Below, one piece after another: positions 11,706 to 28,681 of a DNA stretch of 64,000 nucleotides. A model generated the notes under the pieces. The model saw only the letters and a list, made by a program, of their open reading frames with translations, was not told the DNA's origin and made no database searches. The DNA comes from Lepidodermella squamata (taxonomy: Eukaryota > Animalia > Gastrotricha), in assembly GCA_047495785.1 (NCBI GenBank), contig JBLDXI010000009.1:2480001-2544000 (forward strand), in the 5' to 3' direction. Within the stretch, counting starts at the first letter, position 1. Every line of letters starts with the position of its first letter. A program made the position numbers and the translations under genes.

Positions 11706-14678
11706 ATGATCATCACTTTGAAAAAAGCTCTTTATCCAGATTTTTCGCCTCATTTTCGCCTTTTTAAAAGGCGGAATAACTGTGTTTTAACGGGATATGA
11801 AAATAAATCTGAACTATTTGAAGATGAAATCGTAAAGCTTCAAAGTCATCCATATATATTTTTAATACAGAAAATGATAATTCGGCCAGCTAAAATTTGG
11901 TGAAGGCGACTTCGAAATCGAAAACTATCTTTAATTGCCAAGATCCCGAATAATCAAAGCCTAGTAAAAAACGATTGGCTCTCCAACAGAGCGGGAAATT
12001 ATTATGGAGTAAAACCTGCTTACGGTCGCTTACTATAGGACCAAAAACCGGCATTTCGTCACTCGAATGCTTTGGTGATTCATCTTTTGCTCGCACACCA
12101 GTGTAATTAATCATGTTATAATTAACTCTCCTAAAATTTTGATAATTTTTGGCGCAGCAAAATCGATGTAACTGGTAATTTCGACCCAGGCCTATAATTT
12201 TCATTCATTATCAGGACATCGCGCTTAGGCGTATCCGTGTTCGAGGGTGCCCACCCAGGCGTATTGCGAGATACGTCCGCTGACGCGGCATAATTTCCCC
12301 TGACGCCCACCGCATCATGACAATTATTGGATGTATATTAATAAGGCGAAACTAGAAGATGATCGAGTATCAAGTAACGCTGACTGACATAAGGCGGCAC
12401 TTCTGTAATCCGTCACCCTGGTATTTCATCATGTTCCATAAATATGTGACAAACGTGATATAAGATGACGTGATAAAGACAAATGATGATTCAGGTTCAG
12501 GTTTAGAGCAGTAGACTGTGACAGACAAAAATTTAAAAGCTCGGAAGTCTAAAGGGTTTGTCCTGCGCTGACAGCAATTGTCGAAACTGAACTGAAGAAC
12601 TCATTTTGGACCCGAGAACCAAGAACAGATTAGGCTTTCAGAAGCTTTTCGCGGAAAAAACTAAATCGCCCAGAAATTTTTGAAGAAATATTCGGCAATT
12701 TCGCAGCTAATTTTATTAGAAATTATGATAGAATTCTGTGTGATTTTCGGTACTGCAACTCACCTTCACTCTCAGAACAAAGCCAGGGCTTGATAAAATA
12801 AATGATTACAAGGTTCCGCTAACGTCAATAATTTCGGATCTGCATCAGGCGAATTCGGTCCGGCTACTCCTTAAACCTTTTGACAAACCTCAATTCAGTG
12901 CCAATCGATAAAGCGTCATTGAATAAAGTTCGAGAAAGAATTGAATTTGTCATTCCATGGTTGAAAAAATCACCAGTGTCTGTTTGCATACTCTGAAGTT
13001 ACCGAATAGGTGCGCTAATTGCCAAGCTCGAGCAATTATAATCTGAGACAATGAGCGTCCGCTGATAAAGGAAAAATGTAGGTAAACAGACGCAAGGTAA
13101 ATACGTGCTACCGAACATGAATAGACTAATATAGTATAAAGCCTTGAAAAATGTTGCCATGTTCCACCTTAATTTTATCTTGGCGAGGTGCACTTGACAC
13201 TGCCTCTGCAAAGATTTTCCCCCAGATTTGTCACTTTTGCAGCAGCTTCATAGTTCACAGAGCAATATTTGTTATGATGTTATAAATGTAGCAGGGCATA
13301 GAGGAGATGCGCCAAGAGTGGAGCATTCGCGCTCGTTTATTACCCGAGTTTCAACCCATTACCATGTTTCAGCCATTATATGCGCATTTTCCACGACGTG
13401 AGCGCATAATCATAAGGCGAAAAAAGCACGCAACACAAAAAAATGCGTAGTGATGCACGCCGTAATTTTTTATGTCTTAATTAACCTTTGTCGGCGCAGT
13501 TGTACCTACCGATCGTAGACTCGACGAGCCGAAGATAATAAAATCAGCCTTCGCAATTTACTTCTGGTTCAATTTCACCTCTGCGGTGTGAAGTGCTTCG
13601 CACTATAAAGCCAACCATTTAAACTCTTCTTTTTCTGCGAACTCTAACGAGATCAGTTCTTTTGAGTAATTGCTATCTTCGAAAAAACAAGGCACTTTAT
13701 TTGATAACCAAAACAGGGCAAAATCGTCTCGCGCGGACTTTGGTTCAACCAAGTTCAAATAAAGAGCACCTGGGCAAAATTGCAAAGATAGCGTAAGCTG
13801 AGGGGGTGGCTCTTTTCTGTTACACTTTCTTTTGACAGGTCGAAATACGCGGGGTATCTGGTCGCCTTTCAGCCCGTTATCTATTTAATGCGCAAAAAAT
13901 GCCCTGCCAGGCAACGTTAAATAATTACGGTTTTTTTTTATGGATGCCTCGACATTTTTTTCGCCTTTCACCTTTCAAGAAGCCCCATTCAAATGGGCTA
14001 GTCGAGATTTTTTCTCGTAAATTTACGATAGGAAACAAGTTTTCAAAAAGAAGAGCTTGGCAGGAGTTCCGAATTCAACTATGTAAAATTGCGTCATGAG
14101 TATTTTGAAGAATTAATCATCGGAATTTTTCTCAACTATGAAATAACTTGTCTGCAGATCTGCGAGGCTCGCCAGATCGGCGCCATGCTATATTCCAGTC
14201 CTTTTTATTAGGCTTTGGTTGCGTGCCACGAAATTGGCGCTCTTGTTATTTTGGGCGCACTCGAGTGCTGTTAATTCCTAGAATTATCGCGCCCAGATAA
14301 CTCGCCGTCTAATTTTTTTTATCGCAGCATAGCCACGCAAACACATTATTCGCCAGCCAAGCTCGCAAAACCGCGCTTTTTGTGTCGCCAACATAAGGAC
14401 GAGATAACGTTTTTGCGCAAGTTTGCTGACCTTATCGCAGCGCAATAATCGTGACCTCTCTCCGGCCATATTTCCTCGGAAATTATCGCTGGATTCAGCA
14501 TAATCTTTTGCATTTATGAAGAACTTTCCATGCTCTTAATGTACGAAAACAACAAGAAGTCCTGGGAAAATTGATTGAATTTATTTTTGGCACTGAACCT
14601 AATTTAGATTGAAGCACTTTACGCAACTTGCACGATGATTCTGCTGTTCCTATTACTAAAAAGAAGCGGTCAACGGCG

Positions 14679-18462
<3,784 letters not shown>

Positions 18463-18864
18463 GCATCATGTTTTCTCTCATAATATTTGTGGCCTAAACG
18501 TCACATATTTCTCGTACTTTCATTTCGTATTTCTCGAGGTATATTATAACTGCATTTTTTAACAATTATATTTGACATATAAAACTGTTGTTTTAAAAGA
18601 TATTGAAATCATTGTTGATTGAGAGAATCATGTTCTTCGCTTTAAATTAATTGAATCGGATCGTTCGCTTTGATTGAAAAAAAAATATTTTGCTGATCTC
18701 TAAACCCGGTTATTCATTATTTGTTAATAATTTTTTTGAACTGCTGCTGCGCCTAAGAAGCGATAAAATAATAAAATTTTTGTGCTCATGAATTGATTTA
18801 ACGAATTTTGACCATCAATATTCTGAGTACCGTACATGCGTGAATATGGAGAAGGCGAAAGGAG

Positions 18865-19348
18865 ATGTTATTTAAATGGTGTTACAATTTTGATGAGCCT
18901 CGAAAAAATCCGACCGCCTCAATCGAGTGTTACCCGGTGTTACAAAGAGACGTGTATACGGAACTTCTGGAGGCACATTGCAATTTTATTTCGCCAATTG
19001 GATCGATGGTCAAATACATGGTTGGCTTTTGTTCGTGCTTCGGATTGCTGAAACTAAACATCTTTTATTTTCCAGGGCAACCATCGAGCACTCAAAGCGA
19101 TTGACTATAACTATTGCGATATCTCGCCCAGAAGTTCCAATATACTTAGCCCGCTGTGGCATATTGGAACAGGATTAATTCGAGAAGCCCACTCTGCAAC
19201 GAACTTCACTGCAATTTTCAGCGACTTGAATGTTTTTAAACCCACCGTGATGGAATGGAAGCCTGAGTATATAACAAGGAAGCGGCCCGATTTTTTCTTG
19301 GACTTTTTGCTTTCGATAGTCATGTTTAAAATCATTCCCTGTAACTGA
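18865..19348 (+). CDS. Hypothetical two-exon protein (18865-19020, 19076-19348)
   Basis: A phase-0 gttggc...ttccag intron joins two open frames into ~140 aa. No recognisable domain; the start is uncertain. Confidence 0.3.
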
Positions 19349-19495
19349 AAAACTGGTTGGAAATTAATTTTCACTACTTCAGTCAGCTCTGCATTTTATT
19401 TTCTATACATTCAATATAATTCCGAAAGAAAAGGGACAGAAAAGATTATTAATTAATTAATTAATTAAAAATGTCAGGTCTTTATATTTGAGCGC

Positions 19496-21659
19496 TCAAA
19501 AATCGCGTCGAACCAGCTGGATGGGAACTCCACCAATCGGCCTGAGAGGACCATTCTTCGATCCGACTCGAATCTCACCAGCTGGGTAAGCTCCATCGGG
19601 CAGCTCAATCTTGAAACGCAGAAGCACATTCACGATAGTTTGCTTCAGCTCGAGAAGCGCAAGACGACGGCCGATGCAGAGGCGAGGTCCGAAGCCAAAT
19701 GACAAAAAAGCAACATCACGCCTGTTATCGGCTTGCTCACCTAGGAATCGTTCCGGGTAGAATCGATTGACGTCAACAGGCCCCCACAATGACTCATTGT
19801 GATGAATCGACCAAGTATCGACGTGGACGAGTTTGACACTTGTAGGGACTTGGACGCCGCAAATCGAAGTATCAGACATGACAAATCGATTCAAGACATT
19901 CAGCCCAACCGGGTAGAGTCGAAGAGTTTCGAGGCAGACAGCTTCAAGGTACGGCATTTGCGAGACCAAAACGTCGTAGTCGAGTTTCAATTCATTTTTC
20001 ATCGGGAATTTAGCCGAAATTTCTTCGAGCAATTTCAGTTGAACGTCTTGATTTGCGGCGAGTTCGTAGCTCAGGAAGCCGAGAGATGTACTGGTTGTTT
20101 CGTAGCCGGCCGCGATCAGTTGAACGCATTGGGTCAGCATTTCGATTTCAGACATTTTCTTCGACTTCTCATCACCGGTATTTTCGCAGGCGTCGATCAT
20201 CATTTGCAGGATATCATTTCGCCTCGTTCCGCAACTCCGTCGCTGTTCAACAATTGTCTTCGCAGCACCGAGCACGTACTTGAGCGGCGCGAAAAAACCT
20301 GTGAATAACTTGAGCCGAAATTCGGCGATTGCTCGGAAAATTGGCCCTAGTTCGGGTAGAATGTAGGCCGCGTAGATACCTGCAGGTGGGTCTGTTGCCT
20401 GAACGAGAAATTGGCGAATTTTTTCGAGAATCAAGTTGTCTTTGCCTCGCGATTGAACGGCTTTCAAATCGAGGCCGAATGCGGTTTCGGTTATCGCATC
20501 CATGGTGAAGAGTTGGAAGCATTGCCGAATGTCGAAAGGCTCTCCAGACCTGTCATTCAGAAACTTGATTTCACCTCGAAAAAAATTGAAAAAAAATCTC
20601 ACTTTGTTTTTTCTGTAAGAAGCTCCATCAAATCTGCCTGGCTCTGCTCGAGAATAGGCATATAGGACTTGAGCTTTCCTGAAGAGAATGCTGGGTTTAG
20701 AATCGTTCGGGTGCGCTTCCATGAATCGCCGCGTTGAATAAGAAGCGAATGTGCCAAGAAGAACGAAGCATTTTCAGTTGGTTCGGGCTGAACCGGCAAT
20801 AGCTGTAATGAGAAATCATAGAATCAACGGTTTTTTCTAAAAATTGAAATTTTATAATGGAATAAATTCAATTTAATGGATCTGAAGTTTATACTGTAAC
20901 GAGGGGTATCTTCTCGAAAATTAAAAATCAGTCATTGCTCCTAAATTTCTGATATTTTCACGAAAGGTGGGCAGTGTGATTCTTGAATTTACAGCAAATT
21001 CTGAGCATTCTTATATTTTTACCTGATTTTTGGCAAATTTAAATGTGATTGGCTAACTTTGGATATTTTTTACGCTCATTTGCATATGCGTAATATTTTC
21101 CCAATTTTGTTCTCACATCTTTTTACAAACAATTTCTTAATTCCACAGCAAAATGCAGGTTTTCTTTAATTTTCCCAAATTTTATTGATGCAAAATGGGT
21201 GAAAAACTAGAAAATTGAAGAAGTTAAATTGCGTCAAAAACGCTAAAAACGAAGAAAATTATAGGTTATTACGATGCTTACCAAGTGACCTTGGAATTCT
21301 GAGAATTGCTTCACGCAGATTTGTTCAACAGCTTCGGGACTGCTAACGACAAGCACTGGCATTGAGCCGTAGTAGATGCCGTAAAAATCGCCGTATTTCT
21401 TGGACCACTCCGCAATGACCAAATGTCGGTTCTGCGTGAATAGCTCGTGAACATTGCCGTGGAGCCAATGCGGTTGGGGTCCCGGAATTCCGAGCTTGCG
21501 GAAAACGCGGTGGCAAAAGAATTTGCGATAAATGTAGAACGCAACGATTGGAAAAATGAGCACAACGGCAGCTATGAGATAGCTGGAATAGCCGCCAGCA
21601 GCTGATTTCGGCACAGTGTCACCAATCACTGAGCGGATAGTTTCAGTTTTAGAACTCAT
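19496..21659 (-). CDS. Cytochrome P450, CYP3-clan-like
   Basis: Exons ~21659-21282, ~20802-20603, 20549-19496. N-terminal TM, LGIPGP, WKRTR, AAGYETT, ETLR, PERF and heme motif FGFGPRLCIG; TATAAAA ~50 nt upstream. Confidence 0.93.
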
Positions 21660-22995
21660 TCTTTAGTAGTTCTTTAGTAAGTGAAGCTTTACACAATTAT
21701 CAGCCTTTTATACGCATGCGGAGCATAATTGTTCATAAGCGAAAGACAGCTTAAGATATGACCTACTGGGAAGACACTGATCTTATTCAGTGTTTACGTC
21801 AGGCCGATGAGCCATGTGGTAAGCGCTTTTCATTGTGCGCGTCTCTTTTAAAATGAAGTTCCATAATCGGTCAAAATTGTAGACCTTTTTGAGAGAAAAA
21901 CATATTTTCTTTACAAAAGTTTAAATCATCAAACGCCAAAGCATTGTGAGGGGACTCGGTAAGACAAACCGTCCACAAAACTTCCTGTTTTCGATAGTTC
22001 TCACCCCTTCAAATTTTGGCCAAACTACCAGGTAGAACGGAGTGGCGTAGCCCGAGGTGAATTTTCTTGCGCAAATCCACTAATTCTCGGCAAAATTTTT
22101 CTCCAGCTGTCCTGCTTCGAATCGAACTCCCATTTTTATGGTATAAATAGATCTGGTCTTGAACTTGAAAAATCCAGAAGGGCCGCTCAAAATATATGCA
22201 ACTTCCAAGCTCCAAGTCCCTTGGCGCCATATCCTGAAGCTGAAAAAAATCAGCGAAAAATTTCGCAAAAATAGCGAATTTTGACGCCAAACAGTGAGTC
22301 GCCGGTTAACGCCTATTTGCAGGAAAGTAGAGGATGTCTCTCAGTAATTCGGGTCCTCCTTTTATCAGAACCAAATTTTGGAATTTTCTAGCGGCCTGAA
22401 ATCGCTGTTCGAATATTTACTGCGGGTCATTGGCCACAATAATTCTAGAAAATTCACCAGTAAATTCAGCGTAACATTCTCTATAAGACGCAGAGTGTTC
22501 AATTCAGAATCCATCCTTCGCCTACAATTCGTAGAATTATTCAAAAATGACTCTTGGCATATTTCGACTTTGGTTCTGCAAAAAGCAAATTTGGTTCCAC
22601 CAAAACATATGCTGATATATTATTACAGGGCGTTATTGAGAGAATTTAAAATATTCAGCCATAAAGATTTTCCATCCATTTCAGTCATCGAATTTTCAGG
22701 AAATAATCGGGTAACTTTGGACAAAAAAAATTCGGTTGCGCGGAAATGTTGTTTTATTCAATTTATAATTTATATATTTTTTAAATCGGAAGAAAAAGTA
22801 AGCTTGAAATTAAAACAATGCAATTAATACACTTAGTACAATTAGTAGTAAAAAATAAAGCTTCGCTACCAAAGTTTTCAAGTTCCATATCAGAAAAGAA
22901 TAATGCCGAGTTGCGATTGATATTATCTCGTTTTCTATTCACGCGAATATTATCGCCAAATAATCAACCATAATATTATGGCGTAGTAGTTACAT

Positions 22996-23682
22996 TTAGT
23001 AACGACGATTATATTGGTTTTGATAGTTTGTCAAAATGACCATGAAGACTCCGACCCAGATGCAACAAGTGACGATAGCGATCGAGGAGAGAATGATCGA
23101 TATGATATAAGTCTTCCGCGTTGCATTAGCGCGGCAGGCAAAAATCATCGCCGGAATGAAGAAGAAAAAACTTCCCGTAAAAATGGACATAATACCCAGC
23201 GTCAGAGCCGCTGCCCGCCAGCCGTCCAGTTTCGGGTCTGGTGCTGTTACCGGCGCCTGGACATTGACAGTAGGTGCAGGGGGTGCAGCATTAGCACCTG
23301 TATTCTGATTTGCAATGACTATGTTCGGCTGAGAAGTCGGAGCAGCGGGCGGCATCATCATCATCATCATCGACGGCTGGTACATCGGTGATGGCTGTAA
23401 TGGGTGGGAATACATCATTGGCATTCCATATGGGTAAGGCTGCTGCGAACTGGGTGTTACAGCTAGATTGCCAGCATTCATGTTAGGTGATGCTACCACC
23501 ATTCCATTCGGCGAATTCTGAGCTTGCCATGGCGCCGGGTAGGAAACAGTAGCTTGTTGCGAAGTGGTGTCGCTAGGCGTTTGGTTAGTTTGACTTGCTG
23601 GCATTTGGCCTGCGTAAGGGCTTGTCTGCTCATGATAGGGAGGCGGCAGTGGCAATCCTGCTTCTCCTTTACTTTCTTCCAT
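22996..23682 (-). CDS. Proline-rich CD225/dispanin-like membrane protein (no C-terminal Cys domain)
   Basis: N-terminal PPPY and Pro/Gln/Met-rich region, then two hydrophobic segments (SIFTGSFFFFIPAMIFA / YIISIILSSIAIVTCC) matching the other family members in the window. Confidence 0.65.
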   Translation of the reverse strand: MEESKGEAGLPLPPPYHEQTSPYAGQMPASQTNQTPSDTTSQQATVSYPAPWQAQNSPNGMVVASPNMNAGNLAVTPSSQQPYPYGMPMMYSHPLQPSPMYQPSMMMMMMPPAAPTSQPNIVIANQNTGANAAPPAPTVNVQAPVTAPDPKLDGWRAAALTLGIMSIFTGSFFFFIPAMIFACRANATRKTYIISIILSSIAIVTCCIWVGVFMVILTNYQNQYNRRY

Positions 23683-24363
23683 CTAATTGGAATAAGCAAT
23701 TATTCTAAAAGAAATCTGGAATGTAATTCAGCTGTAAATGTTTATCCTAACTTTATTTTTTACTACCTTCCCCAAGTTTTCAGGCGAAAGATTTCAGATA
23801 AATCTACAGTTTCGAGTTACCTCAACCACTACGCTAAGATATTGTGGAGTCTATATTTCTGCCTACAGCAACGCCATTATGAGAGGCCCGCCTCTCCGTG
23901 ATGTTACTTATATAGGTTTGTTCTTGTCCACAATTGATTGCCCCGAGCTTACTGATTCATTTAACACTTTGTATCATTTTTCTGTGTATCCTTTTCTGTA
24001 TTTTAAAGTTTAAGCTTCGAGGCAACATTAATCACCGTCACGACACGAAATACTGAAGCGCTAAAACTTGGCAAAAAATTGTCGCTTTTAGTGTTTTGAA
24101 TCATGGCCATGAAATAATGAAAATTATGTTATTTATAAACTCTGAAATTTACGCAAAAATTACTCTGCTGAGACCGGAAGCGTTTCTCACAAATTGGTTC
24201 TCACAAACCATTCCAACAAATATTTGAAATCGCGGATATATCGTTATGTATCCCTCTAGCCAAGGCGATAACAATGAGGCAAAAAAGAATTGGCGCGTGG
24301 CTCTATTTAAATCGCGTGCATCATCTGTTTGTCGCATTATTTGTAAACACATATGGTGACCGA

Positions 24364-24459
24364 GGCGATATCTAGTTACTAAAAATAGCTGAGGTCAGGG
24401 CGATATCTAGTTACTAAAAATAGCTGAGGCCAGGGTGATATCTAGTTACTAAAAATAGG
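24364..24459. repeat. Tandem repeat, 35-bp unit, ~2.7 copies
   Basis: GGCGATATCTAGTTACTAAAAATAGCTGAGG.CAG repeated. Confidence 0.85.
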
Positions 24460-26124
24460 TCATATTAAGAAGATGGTCACAACATTGAAAAAAATGGTTT
24501 TACTGTAAAAAATCGCTTTGAGATATCGCCCTGGTGAGCTAATAAGAAACTTCAACGAAAATAAAGGGCATAAATGTGAGGGGGACTATGGGTTCCCCGG
24601 ATGGGCAGATAGAATTGGGTAAACACGATAAAGTAATTAAAAGTTGGACCTTAGATTTTCACGATAGGACCTTATTAATTAAACCTCAGAGTGATAACTT
24701 TTTCACTTTTTAGACAGGACTCCCCGTAAAATGAGATGATGATAACTTTTTCATTTTCCAGTCAGGAATCGCATTTTTCTGTGGCTTTCACTTTGTCAAA
24801 AAAAATTGAAGATAACTTTTTCCATTTTAAGCCGGAAAACTCATTCTTTGACTTGCTTTAGTTTATGTATGTATGTCTGATTTCACTCAATTTTTCAATC
24901 AATTCCATGGTCTCGGCAGGCTACTTTTATGAAATCAGGGCTCACGTGATAAGCACACATCAGTCATGAGAATAGAGATTCCACAAGGCTATGCGAGCGG
25001 AGCGAGCATGCCCAACTTGACCTCTATAGTTCGTCTGGAAACTAGCTGATTTTTGAAAAATGATACTAGGTCACGTTGGCCATGCTCACTCCGTTCGCAT
25101 TGGCATGGTGCATAAGGATTGTCATCGTGTATGTGGGTGTTTGCTTATCCAAAATCATCTATGAACGCGGTCTCTGAGTTGTGGTATCAGGTGTTGCCCC
25201 ATGTTAAGCAAACAATGGCTGGAATAGTTGCGGAAAAATTATGGTGGAATCGAAGACACTATTAGTGCGGCAATAAAGTAATAAAGTAATTTAATAATGT
25301 AATTACTTTTCTCATGGATTTAAGCACACGCTCATATTTAGAAAATGAGAGCATAGTTGAATCCAAACTAAGTGCCTTCTAAACTTCTTCCTTGATTTTA
25401 AAATTGCACACAAATGATTTATCAGTGTGTTTTTTTACTACTTGAACGCGTGCCAGAAATCGAATATCCACTGCGCAGTGGTGATTCATAATCTAAAAAT
25501 AGACTGGCCGAGGCGATAAAATATGATAGCGTCGCTGAATAACTCGGATTTAAGCTTGTTTACAGCCGTTTCAAAATGATAGGTGACAAGTGAACATTAT
25601 TTTGTTTTTGCCTCTACATTCACGTTTAAAAGCCGCTTTTAACTTGTCACCTACCGTCAAATGGGGTGACTTTTCCAGTCGTGGTCACTTTGCCACAGCT
25701 TAATTTTGCTGATCTTTGCCATGATCACGTGACTGAAAAATAAACACCGTATTAACTAATACTACATAGGTAAATTGGAGAAATTTTTCTATTTCTTCTA
25801 TACCTACACAAATTCACTAAAATCACATCGCACTTGGTTCACTCGTGCCGGGCACGGGGGTTTACAAAAGCGATCGAACAGCATCATGTGTTTCTAGAGC
25901 GTGTGACACGAAGAACTGAAAACGCTACAACTTTGATAAAAAAAAAATTGTCAGTTTTTGTATACAGGAAGCATGACCATGTAATAATGACAGTACCTAA
26001 TGCTATTTTCTATTTTTACTTCTGAAATTTTCGCACAAATAGCGGCTGAGACCGGAAGCGTTTCTCAAAAATTGGCTGGTTGACACGAAAAACCGTAGCA
26101 TTCCAACAAAACGCCGAATATAAG

Positions 26125-26490
26125 GGGTCAGTAGTTAGGAGGGGAGGGGGGTTCCCCGGGGCCAAGAGCGAAGTGAAGTTTAGAGCCGTTCGGGGGAAGA
26201 TTTGCTCATCCGGGTCTAGCTGGGGTAGGTTTGAATTTGAATTCACCCCCCATTGGTGAAATGTCCCAACGCTGTATGGTGGGGCTGAAATGTCCCACGG
26301 TGCCTAACGGGGTGGAATCTTTCTATATTGCTTAATGCTTGCACCAGACAGTGTGGTGACATTTCAACGCCCCCAACTTCAGTTCTACCCCCGCTTGACC
26401 CGGAGGGGGAAATCTTCCCCAAACGTCTCCTACCGTCACTTCGCTCCTGTCTCCGGGGAATCTCCTTTCCCCTCCTAACTATTGGGGTCC
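26125..26490. mobile_element. Degenerate GC-rich fold-back (palindromic) element
   Basis: 26130-26160 pairs with 26452-26482, and 26193-26228 (GGGGAAGATTTGCTCATCCGGGTCTAGCTGGGGTAG) pairs with 26385-26420, as imperfect inverted repeats. Confidence 0.55.
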
Positions 26491-26778
26491 TAAATGTTGC
26501 TGAACCCAATGTTGAAACTCACCGAGGGTGAGGGTAATATGACTAGAATTATCCAAAAATCCTCACAAAAAAATTGGCAGAAATTGAAATCTCGATTGGA
26601 GAAGATTGCTCACAATTCTGAACTGTGGCACGCGCATCATTGGAAGCATTTATGCTTGGATGGTTTCGGCAAATAAAACTTTATTCGACCAGAAAAATCT
26701 TAAAATTAAAGCTAAATGATCAAAATTTCTCAGACTAGATTTTTTCGCAATCCGGGTGACTTTGAGTTATTCAACATC

Positions 26779-27911
26779 TTATTCGTCATCCTCGTTGGTG
26801 TTTATTTCCGCAAGCTCTGTTGACGTGGTGCTGGCCGATTCAGCATCGCCTTCTCCAGCCATATCATCTTCACTATCACTCGGCTTATACTCTGGGTCGT
26901 CGGGCACCGAGTTATCCGTATGAGAGCCTTGTTGATCCGTTGAAACTTCACTATCACTATCATCCTCATCACTTTCAAAGCCATAGTCAATTTTTCGGCC
27001 CCGAGTTTTCCGCTTATTGTCGCTTGAAGACGGAGGTTTTGCCGAAGACGGGTGAGAATATTCAAGCCAATGCTGAGGATTTTTCCTGTAACATTTCGCC
27101 CCGTATTGACAGGCTGGTAGATCAGTGGACAGTGTGGATGCCACAGTCCCAGGGTCGCAACTAACGTTATTAGGCGAGTAATCTCCATAACCAGGATGCG
27201 AGAATTGTTCGAAATGATTTGGATTTTTGCGTTTGCAATAGTTCCCGTACATACAGCTCGGTCGTTTTGGGGTGATATCGGCGGGTTTCGGAGTTGGTGC
27301 TGAAGAGGTGGCTTGGCTAGGTGATGGCGGGTTAGGTGCCGCTTTGGGCGAAGGGACTTTCTCGTCATTTTTTGAGCTATCTTTCTCAACTTTCTTAGGA
27401 CTTGGGCGGGGCTTAGAGGTCGAGGGAGGCTTTGCTTTTGTCACTGGTTCGTCCTTTTTATCAGCAGTCGATGTCATCCAAGACGGCAATTTTCTTTTAG
27501 GAGCTTCGGGCGACTGGATGTTTTTATCGACTCTAACCAATTGAAAATGAAATGAGTCTGGCAGTAATTTGAAGGAGTCATTATCGCCAAGTTCCTCACT
27601 CTCGCCATTGTGAAGGACCATCATGCGTCCTAATTTCGTTAAATAAGTCGGATTTTTATGAGTCTGAAAATTTGAGAATAATTGAAAAAAATGGGACATT
27701 GCTTGAGAATTTTTACCGATTTTAAGGTGATTTTATCTCCTGCAGAAGTTATTTCGCAGTGATTTCTAGAAATTCGCTTGTCGTCAATAATAATGTCGCC
27801 GATTTTGCCTCGGCCAAGGCTGAAAACTGAATTATCCTCGATTTTTATAGTAACAGCATCATCGGTTTTCGAGGCTCTGAATTTCAATTCGTAAACCGGC
27901 TGACTTGCCAT
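26779..27911 (-). CDS. APLF: Aprataxin and PNK-like factor (FHA, Ku-binding motif, 2 PBZ zinc fingers, acidic tail)
   Basis: Exons 27911-27717 and 27663-26779. FHA motif LGRG..DKRISRNH; KRKLPSWM Ku-binding motif; CMYGNYCKRKNPNHFEQFSHP and CQYGAKCYRKNPQHWLEYSHP PBZ fingers; D/E-rich C-terminus. Confidence 0.9.
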
Positions 27912-28681
27912 GTTTAAAAAACCTTGCAAACTTGGGCTTAAGCTATCGCAAAATTCGCCTATATTGATAATGTTGTAGTCGCATTTTTTACGTTCCCTCC
28001 AGTTTTAATAATTGATAAAAAAATGAATGGAACGTATGCGTGTCGCGTTTTAAGCACTTTTTCCTTTATTATACGCGAGTGAAAATACGAGCCTTATATA
28101 CGAGCTACAGGCTTGATATATGGATTACAAATTATAATATGGAAAGTACTACGACATATGTAGTTAACCGGCATGTCCGAAAATTTTCTGACCGATTTCC
28201 TGACCACTTGATTTCTGTGAAAATTACTCGGTATTCAGGCTTGGTTGAAGAGATAATTCATAGAAAATTCTCTCTGTATTATAATATACTTACTACAAGC
28301 CACGTTTTCCTGCTCTCGGTAAATTTAGTAATTTCGGTGAGATTTCTCTTTTTTTATCAGAAAATTCGCAATTTAAAGACTTCGGCGATCCTGATTGAAA
28401 TGCCGAAAATCCTAGTTATCCTATCGAAACTTTCTAGTGAGCAAAACAGACGTTGCAAAACAGACGTGCCTGGGCGAAATTTTTTAACCCGCCAATCAAA
28501 TGCAGTATCCTATCAAAACTGAATTAAGCGCCAATTTTAGCAAGAAAAGCAGACGTTGAACCCACATGGCCGGCAGAAAAATTGACCTACAAATCGGATG
28601 CACATTTAAAATGATCTCAGCTGCGTTCTTCATTCAGTACCTGTCAAATCTTCTCTTAGAAAATTTTTTAAAAGCTAAAAT

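Noticed and set aside
22378-22827. 149-aa ORF (and the similar 28040-28522 ORF)
   Set aside because: Non-ATG starts, AT-rich intergenic composition, no motifs.
24364-24459. 35-bp repeats as a possible CRISPR array
   Set aside because: The units are contiguous with no unique spacers, there are no cas genes, and the context is eukaryotic.
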